IMG/VR virus record: IMGVR_UViG_3300045960_000023
Span: 1-50,858 of that record
Source: a virus
Lineage: Duplodnaviria > Caudoviricetes
Strand: one strand, 5' to 3'
DNA: 50,858 bases
Position numbers and translations under genes: made by a program. Shown here one piece after another: positions 45,618 to 50,858 of this stretch. The notes under the pieces were generated by a model. It ran no database searches. It worked only from the letters and a program-made list of their open reading frames with translations, and was not told the DNA's origin. The stretch's first letter is position 1; every line of letters starts with the position of its first letter.

Positions 45618-46919
45618 TTATGCATCCTGTCCAAAGCCGTTCAAGAAGCCGAACACCGTGGGGTGATGCAGCTCAAGACCAGCTTCCGTCAGATACTCCT
45701 CATCAGTGCCGTCAATGCGGTTAGCATTGTTACCCTTGCTGCTCTGCTTCGCCTCACCCTCACCATAGAACTGCGTATCATCAATGTAGCGATAGGACAG
45801 TTCCTCAGGCTCGAGGATCAGGACGGAGTTGCGCAGGGTGGCCTCCATCGAGAACAGAGGATGCGTCTTCAGGTAGATCGTCCCGAAGGGCGTGATCCAC
45901 TGGTTGAAAGACATACCATAGGCCTTGGTAGCAGGGGTGATCTCATAGTGACCACCGCTTGCAGCCAGGCGGTTGAGGCCCAGAAGAGCGCCAGAACCGC
46001 AGAAGCACAGCTTCTCCTGACGACCGTAGCGGAACATCACCTCGAGGTAGCTATTCAGCCACGCTTCGCCACCACCGTCATCGAGCCACGCCTTACCAGT
46101 GTAAGTGGCATTGGTCGTGTAGTCGTCGACGTTAGCCGGCGCATTGACTCTGAGGAAATTGAGAATACCACCAGTGGTACGCTCAGGCTTACCATTATCT
46201 CCAGTTCCCTCAGTAGGGATACCGAAGATGAAGGCTTTCTCCATCTCGAGCGAATGGAGCTCCAGGGCCTCGCGCTTCGCCTCTTTATACGCATCACCAG
46301 TGCGCAGCTTCGTCTTCCTCGCTGTGCGCGTGATGCTCAGCGGGGTACGGAAGATCTGCGTATAGTTGTACAGCTTCGTGGGGTCGTAAGCGATAGCCCC
46401 AGGCATAGCCGCACCTTCCGCGTTGATGTTACCTACGATGATAACGGTATCGCAGTTGCTCAGGTCCGTGCTAGTACCGTTGTCATCCGCTTCCAGCAGC
46501 TTCACAGCAATGTAACTGGAAGCGCCGTTGTTCGCCTTGGCAATGACCTTACCAACATGGTCGTTGGTGGAGTCAGAAGCATCGCGCATGAGCACCTGAT
46601 GGCCCACTCTGAAGTGGCCATTCTCAGCCGCACTCATCTTCAGGTAGACCACATCACCTGCGACGCCACCACTCACGTATGCAACCGAGAGCGCAGCGTC
46701 GGTGTAGACGCCAGTGACCGTCGCGCGCTGCGTGGGCAGCGTCTTCGTCCACCAGTAGAACTGAGGATCATTGACCATCTCGTTCTTCAGCTTGCTCATG
46801 ATAGCAGTCAGGGGTGCCTGTCCATTCGGGTAAAGGTAGAGGATACCTTCACGCCAACTCTTCGGGCGCTGATCGGTAGCCCAGTCACCAGTGCCCCTCA
46901 TTCCAAGAAATCCAGCCAT
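45618..46919 (-). CDS. Major capsid protein (HK97 fold, DUF5309/SU10-like)
   Basis: 433 aa, AAGGAG RBS; YNYTQIFR...EMEKAFIFG...RTTGGI...TPFGTI...TEAGLE. Confidence 0.88.
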   Translation of the reverse strand: MAGFLGMRGTGDWATDQRPKSWREGILYLYPNGQAPLTAIMSKLKNEMVNDPQFYWWTKTLPTQRATVTGVYTDAALSVAYVSGGVAGDVVYLKMSAAENGHFRVGHQVLMRDASDSTNDHVGKVIAKANNGASSYIAVKLLEADDNGTSTDLSNCDTVIIVGNINAEGAAMPGAIAYDPTKLYNYTQIFRTPLSITRTARKTKLRTGDAYKEAKREALELHSLEMEKAFIFGIPTEGTGDNGKPERTTGGILNFLRVNAPANVDDYTTNATYTGKAWLDDGGGEAWLNSYLEVMFRYGRQEKLCFCGSGALLGLNRLAASGGHYEITPATKAYGMSFNQWITPFGTIYLKTHPLFSMEATLRNSVLILEPEELSYRYIDDTQFYGEGEAKQSSKGNNANRIDGTDEEYLTEAGLELHHPTVFGFLNGFGQDA

Positions 46920-46947
46920 CGTTATTCTCCTTCGGCCTTAGCCGCGT

Positions 46948-47532
46948 TTAGTAAACGTTGATAGGAACACGGAACCGGTACGTGAGATCGATCTCTTTCG
47001 CACCGTTCAGCGTGCCAGCGGGGAGATAGGTGCCGTACGTCTTGTTGAACGTACCAGCGTCCGCATCTCCATCGAACGTCCTGTTCAGCATCTCCTCGTA
47101 CACAGCGCCGGGGCCAGCAGGCAGGCCGAGCTTGTTGCCGACGCCGATAGCAATGGTGTCATCAGTGGTCGTAACCGTCCCACTCACCAGGGCCCACACA
47201 GCGGCCGTGACTTTGGAGAAGGCTCTAACCCCACTCATCACGGTAGTGCCGGTAATAGCGATGACATCAGAGACTGCCTCGCCGTTCTGATCGAGGCCAT
47301 AGATGGTAACCGTGCCAGCGGTGATCGACGCGTTAGCATCGACCAGATAGCACACCATGTTTCTCGGGTAGTCAGGCTCAGCCAACGCGATAGTCAGCGC
47401 GCCAGCGGTCAGGCCACTAATCGCAGCAGCGGTGACAATCGCACAGGCTCCACTATTAGCAGCCTGCACGATCGGCTCGCTGTAGGTCAGGTTATTGCAG
47501 AGGGTGATCCACCCTTTCATGCGCTCAGACAT
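46948..47532 (-). CDS. Putative capsid decoration protein
   Basis: Ala/Thr/Gly-rich beta protein directly upstream of the capsid gene; AAGGAGG RBS. Confidence 0.55.
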   Translation of the reverse strand: MSERMKGWITLCNNLTYSEPIVQAANSGACAIVTAAAISGLTAGALTIALAEPDYPRNMVCYLVDANASITAGTVTIYGLDQNGEAVSDVIAITGTTVMSGVRAFSKVTAAVWALVSGTVTTTDDTIAIGVGNKLGLPAGPGAVYEEMLNRTFDGDADAGTFNKTYGTYLPAGTLNGAKEIDLTYRFRVPINVY

Positions 47533-47564
47533 TATAGCCTCCTTTATGAGGGTACTTAACTAGT

Positions 47565-48020
47565 TTATTTGTTACCTATTTTGGTTGCCGGAGTTCCCGC
47601 CCAAATCTCGTTCTCTGGTATATCCTTCGTCACCACAGAACCCGCTCCCACCAAAGCACCACGTCCGATCAGGACACCACACACAACTGTTACCCCTGCG
47701 CCTAGCGCTGCTCCTTTCTCGACAACAGTCCCTTTCCACGTTTCTCGTGGAGAAGGAGGAAACTTGTCGTTCGTAAAGGTGCATCGAGGTCCTATCCATG
47801 CGTCGTCCTTTATCGTCACGCCCTCCGGTATGAAGCACATAGCCCCTATCCGGACATTATCGCCTACCCAGACCTTATGTCCGATCTCCGAAAATCTTCC
47901 CACGGATACACTCTTTCCAAGATGAGCCGTCGGATACACGTTGCTTGGGTACCATACTTTCGATCCAGTTCTCCTTGTCTCGAAGTATCTCTTTATGCGA
48001 GTGAACATGGTGGTGAGCAT
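47565..48020 (-). CDS. Hexapeptide-repeat (left-handed beta-helix) acetyltransferase
   Basis: VGDNVRIG...IGPRCTFTND...VGAGSVVTKDIP...WAGTPA; resembles sugar N-acetyltransferases. Confidence 0.88.
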   Translation of the reverse strand: MLTTMFTRIKRYFETRRTGSKVWYPSNVYPTAHLGKSVSVGRFSEIGHKVWVGDNVRIGAMCFIPEGVTIKDDAWIGPRCTFTNDKFPPSPRETWKGTVVEKGAALGAGVTVVCGVLIGRGALVGAGSVVTKDIPENEIWAGTPATKIGNK

Positions 48021-49005
48021 TGGGCTTCCTTTCACTTAGCAGAAGATCATACAGCTCTTTCATCTGCTTGGCTGTTTCGTCTATGTCGGGTATAGGGTCT
48101 TTCACCCTTGGCTCCACGTCTCCTTTCAGAATCTGTGCCAGCTCATCAGCCAACCTACGCTGATCACCTTCGCTGACCCAGAAGTCTGCATACGGATTGC
48201 CTTCATATGAAATAGTTTTGCACTTGCAGCTTCCTGCCTCAAGGCTCATTCTATTGAAGTCGCCATAGCGCACGAGGCCGCAGTAGTAGTCAACACTGTT
48301 CAGCGCATTTCGCAGGTTCACATGATCGAACCTCGTTGCGCTGATATAGCTCGAGAAAGAAGCCCCATTCCTATTCACTAGTGGGAAGAACCACCTATGC
48401 ACGTCCTGAGGCAGGTTGGTGGCATGGAGACGAACCCCATCCACTTCCTTCTGCACCCAGGGCCATGCGATGAACAGGTCGAGAGGCCACTTGATTGAGT
48501 AGTTGTTTTCACAGGTAAGCACGCTAGGGTTGCCAACATACTTACCCTGACTCGGCACCTTGTCATTCCAGAAGAGCTTATCAATGCCCAGAGGTATACA
48601 CTTCACAATAGCCCTCTTATCACAGAGGGACTTCCAGATCTCATGGTGTCTGGGCCAGAAAGTGACCACCGCATCGCTATGTTGGAGCCAATACTGGATC
48701 AGCATCCAAGCATCACCATGCCCATAGCCACCCTTCTTCCCATCTTCCACGGCCGTCTGGAACACAACCTCAGGCGTCGCGTGAGCTACCCAAACCACAG
48801 TGACGTTCGGACGCTGCATCCAAACCTCAGCAGGAATAAAGGTATGACCCACATGGACGTCGGCGAAGATAGCGTCTTGGTAGTCCTTAGTGTCAGTCCA
48901 CGCAAGACGAGAGTCAAGGCCCATCCGCTTCTCTGCTTCGCAGATACTCTCGGCGGCCCTGTGCATCCCGCTAGTGTTTCCCCATGTCCAGTGAACGATC
49001 TTCAA
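47875..49005 (-). CDS. Glycosyltransferase (GT-B, GT4-like)
   Basis: MKIVH...SGMHR...HAT...DAVV...IPLGID...K...FNRMSLEAGSC. Confidence 0.7.
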   Translation of the reverse strand: MKIVHWTWGNTSGMHRAAESICEAEKRMGLDSRLAWTDTKDYQDAIFADVHVGHTFIPAEVWMQRPNVTVVWVAHATPEVVFQTAVEDGKKGGYGHGDAWMLIQYWLQHSDAVVTFWPRHHEIWKSLCDKRAIVKCIPLGIDKLFWNDKVPSQGKYVGNPSVLTCENNYSIKWPLDLFIAWPWVQKEVDGVRLHATNLPQDVHRWFFPLVNRNGASFSSYISATRFDHVNLRNALNSVDYYCGLVRYGDFNRMSLEAGSCKCKTISYEGNPYADFWVSEGDQRRLADELAQILKGDVEPRVKDPIPDIDETAKQMKELYDLLLSERKPNAHHHVHSHKEILRDKENWIESMVPKQRVSDGSSWKECIRGKIFGDRT

Positions 49006-49034
49006 ACGGCTCTCCTTTCCTTGAGCTATCGACG

Positions 49035-49667
49035 TTATAAAGAGTGTGACGTCAGCTTCGAGGAGATCGTGCTGATACGCAGATCACCAGACGTCAACTG
49101 GCTCGTTGCAACTGAGTCAACTGCTGTACCCGAGGTGACCTGGCTCTTCAGCGCAGACTCCCTCGTGTCTCCAGATGTGATCTTCGACGTCGCCGTGCTG
49201 ACCGTGGTAGAATCAGCCGTCACAGTCGACGCGACCTTACTAGTGATCACGCTATCCGTGATGTCGCCAGAAGTGACGTTGCTCGTCGCCTCACTCGCGA
49301 CATTGCTATCCGCGACCGAGATCGCATCGACACCTGACTGGGCCACTGACGTGACGGTCGAGATGTCGGTAGTAATGCCAGTCGTGCCACTCTGCACCTG
49401 GAACGACGCAGAAGCCTTGGTGCCTTCGTTGGTGTAGAGACCCTGTGAGCCAGCGCCCACATCCGTCTTAATGAACATACACCCCTTAGCGTAATCAGCT
49501 CCAGTCGGCACGGAGGTTCCGCTACAGAGGAGCACATGGCCCTCACTGTCACGCAGAAGAACGGTGACAGCAGTCGCTCCAACCGTATCAGCTTCTCCCG
49601 TGAGCTTGAGTGAAGGGGCCGCTCTTCGCTTTGCGAAGTTGTAAAGCCACTTATCAAAACCCGCCAT
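49035..49667 (-). CDS. Ser/Thr-rich head fibre/decoration protein
   Basis: N-terminal PTGADYAKGCMF...LYTNEGT domain; C-terminal half Ser/Thr-rich with mostly 14-aa periodicity. Confidence 0.6.
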   Translation of the reverse strand: MAGFDKWLYNFAKRRAAPSLKLTGEADTVGATAVTVLLRDSEGHVLLCSGTSVPTGADYAKGCMFIKTDVGAGSQGLYTNEGTKASASFQVQSGTTGITTDISTVTSVAQSGVDAISVADSNVASEATSNVTSGDITDSVITSKVASTVTADSTTVSTATSKITSGDTRESALKSQVTSGTAVDSVATSQLTSGDLRISTISSKLTSHSL

Positions 49668-49678
49668 TGTTGTTCTCC

Positions 49679-50590
49679 TTAGTCTAAGATCGTGTTAGCT
49701 ATATCTTGTTGCACTTTGTCCAGAACAGGGGCGGTTCCACCACCTCCTGAACGTCCCCCAGGTGTAAACCCTGGCGATGCAGGGGGCGCCCCACCTGAGG
49801 TGACAGGCGCTGATTGCATAGGTTTCACAAGTCTGAGTCTTGACCTCACCTCCCTTTCAGTTTTATTCAAAGCTTCAACCATCGTAATCTGAGGCTCTTT
49901 AGCCGTGATCTCTTTCGCGATAACTCCGCAGAACTCCTTGAAGGGGAGCAGATCGGGGTTACTATCGTACCAGCTCTTCACCGTGCTAAGCATACTGATC
50001 TGGTCGTTAGCCACGGTCATGCTCACTTCAGGGATCATCTGTGCGGCCTGGAAGACAGCCTTCTGCGTGATGATAGGCTCAATGGCGCGCACGAAGTTAT
50101 TGAGGAACTTGTTGAACGATCCTGCATCCTTCAGCGCTGCGTCCACTTCCGCCTCATCCTTGAAGAACTGCACATCAACAGGTTCCACGGGCGTAACTGG
50201 TGCCACAGGTGCAGCTGCAACAGGCGCTGCAGCGGGGATAGGAGCAGCAGGAGGGCTAGGCGGAGGGGTTGCCATGACCCTCTTGCTGTACTCCACAATC
50301 TGCGCCCTCAGTGCCTCGATCTCCAGATCCCTTGGGTCGGGCGCAGCTGCCACGGGCGGGACAGCAGGCACGACGGGCGGAGTGGGCGGCTCACCAGTGA
50401 AATCAGTGGCCGGCGGCTCAACCAGAGCTGTCGGGGGTACTGCGGGCGGAGAGGCAGGCTCCACCGCAGGTTGCACAGCTACTGGGGGCTCTGCCGGCGC
50501 CACTGGTTCGGCCGGAGGCACTTCGGGTGCAGGAGTCACAGGTTCGATATCCAAGGTTTCCAATACTTCTTTGATTGTCTCGTCGCTCAT
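49679..50590 (-). CDS. Capsid scaffolding protein
   Basis: Pro/Glu-rich N-terminus, helical core, short C-terminal helix; between portal and capsid genes. Confidence 0.7.
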   Translation of the reverse strand: MSDETIKEVLETLDIEPVTPAPEVPPAEPVAPAEPPVAVQPAVEPASPPAVPPTALVEPPATDFTGEPPTPPVVPAVPPVAAAPDPRDLEIEALRAQIVEYSKRVMATPPPSPPAAPIPAAAPVAAAPVAPVTPVEPVDVQFFKDEAEVDAALKDAGSFNKFLNNFVRAIEPIITQKAVFQAAQMIPEVSMTVANDQISMLSTVKSWYDSNPDLLPFKEFCGVIAKEITAKEPQITMVEALNKTEREVRSRLRLVKPMQSAPVTSGGAPPASPGFTPGGRSGGGGTAPVLDKVQQDIANTILD

Positions 50591-50858
50591 GTTCCTTCCT
50601 CCTCACTTTGTCTAGCGCGTTGGGCAGCCTGCTCGTCTGCTTCCTCGGCCATCTGCGCAGGCATATCGAGAATCATCTTGCCCATTGCTATTGTTCGCTG
50701 ATTCTTAACCATTGCCGCTGGTTCCTTATAGGGATCGAGATCTTCGTTGTCCATACTCGCGTTGAGCATCAGCTGGGTGATCTCCTCAGCCATATACTTC
50801 CACGTCGGAGTGTTAACGAAGTTCTCTATCTCGCTCCTAAAGGGGACTGTTCTTGTAT
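50587..50858 (-). CDS. 3' part of the ~94-aa protein starting at 167 across the junction
   Basis: Frame is open to the window end; ATGA overlap with the scaffold gene. Confidence 0.75.
   Translation of the reverse strand, partial: TRTVPFRSEIENFVNTPTWKYMAEEITQLMLNASMDNEDLDPYKEPAAMVKNQRTIAMGKMILDMPAQMAEEADEQAAQRARQSEEEGT
50705..50858. repeat. Terminal direct repeat, copy 2
   Basis: Matches 1-154 with one mismatch. Confidence 0.95.

Overview
The window is an apparently complete, circularly permuted dsDNA phage genome of about 50,704 bp. Bases 1-154 recur at 50705-50858 with one mismatch. It is podovirus-like (no tape measure, sheath or tail tube seen), and a spanin pair points to a Gram-negative host. 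A minus-strand late arm starts near 6.8 kb and wraps through the window ends: small terminase, lysis cassette, large terminase, portal, scaffold, a Ser/Thr-rich fibre with glycosyltransferase and acetyltransferase, major capsid, adaptor, nozzle and fibres, ejection proteins, and a 2519-aa polyvalent protein. A plus-strand early/replication arm (7.2-24.3 kb) carries many small genes, an ATP-dependent ligase, a PD-(D/E)XK nuclease, a Sak4-like ATPase, an SSB, a ParB-methyltransferase, a UDG-PolA fusion and a DUF3987-type ATPase. I recognised no integrase, RNA polymerase, primase, tRNA or CRISPR array. The most notable observations are: (1) the giant protein has ADP-ribosyltransferase-like and DNA-methyltransferase modules bracketed by a thrice-repeated 12-aa motif; (2) ten copies of a palindrome ACCAWYSRWTGGT sit mostly at gene junctions; (3) a -1 frameshift signal (A AAU UUU plus hairpin) joins two ejection-region ORFs; (4) a candidate virion-glycosylation module lies inside the head operon; (5) a nozzle-like gene appears split around an 8-kb fibre cassette; (6) a gene flanked by 35-bp inverted repeats lies next to an origin-like hairpin. 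All product calls come from motif recognition by eye, not database searches.
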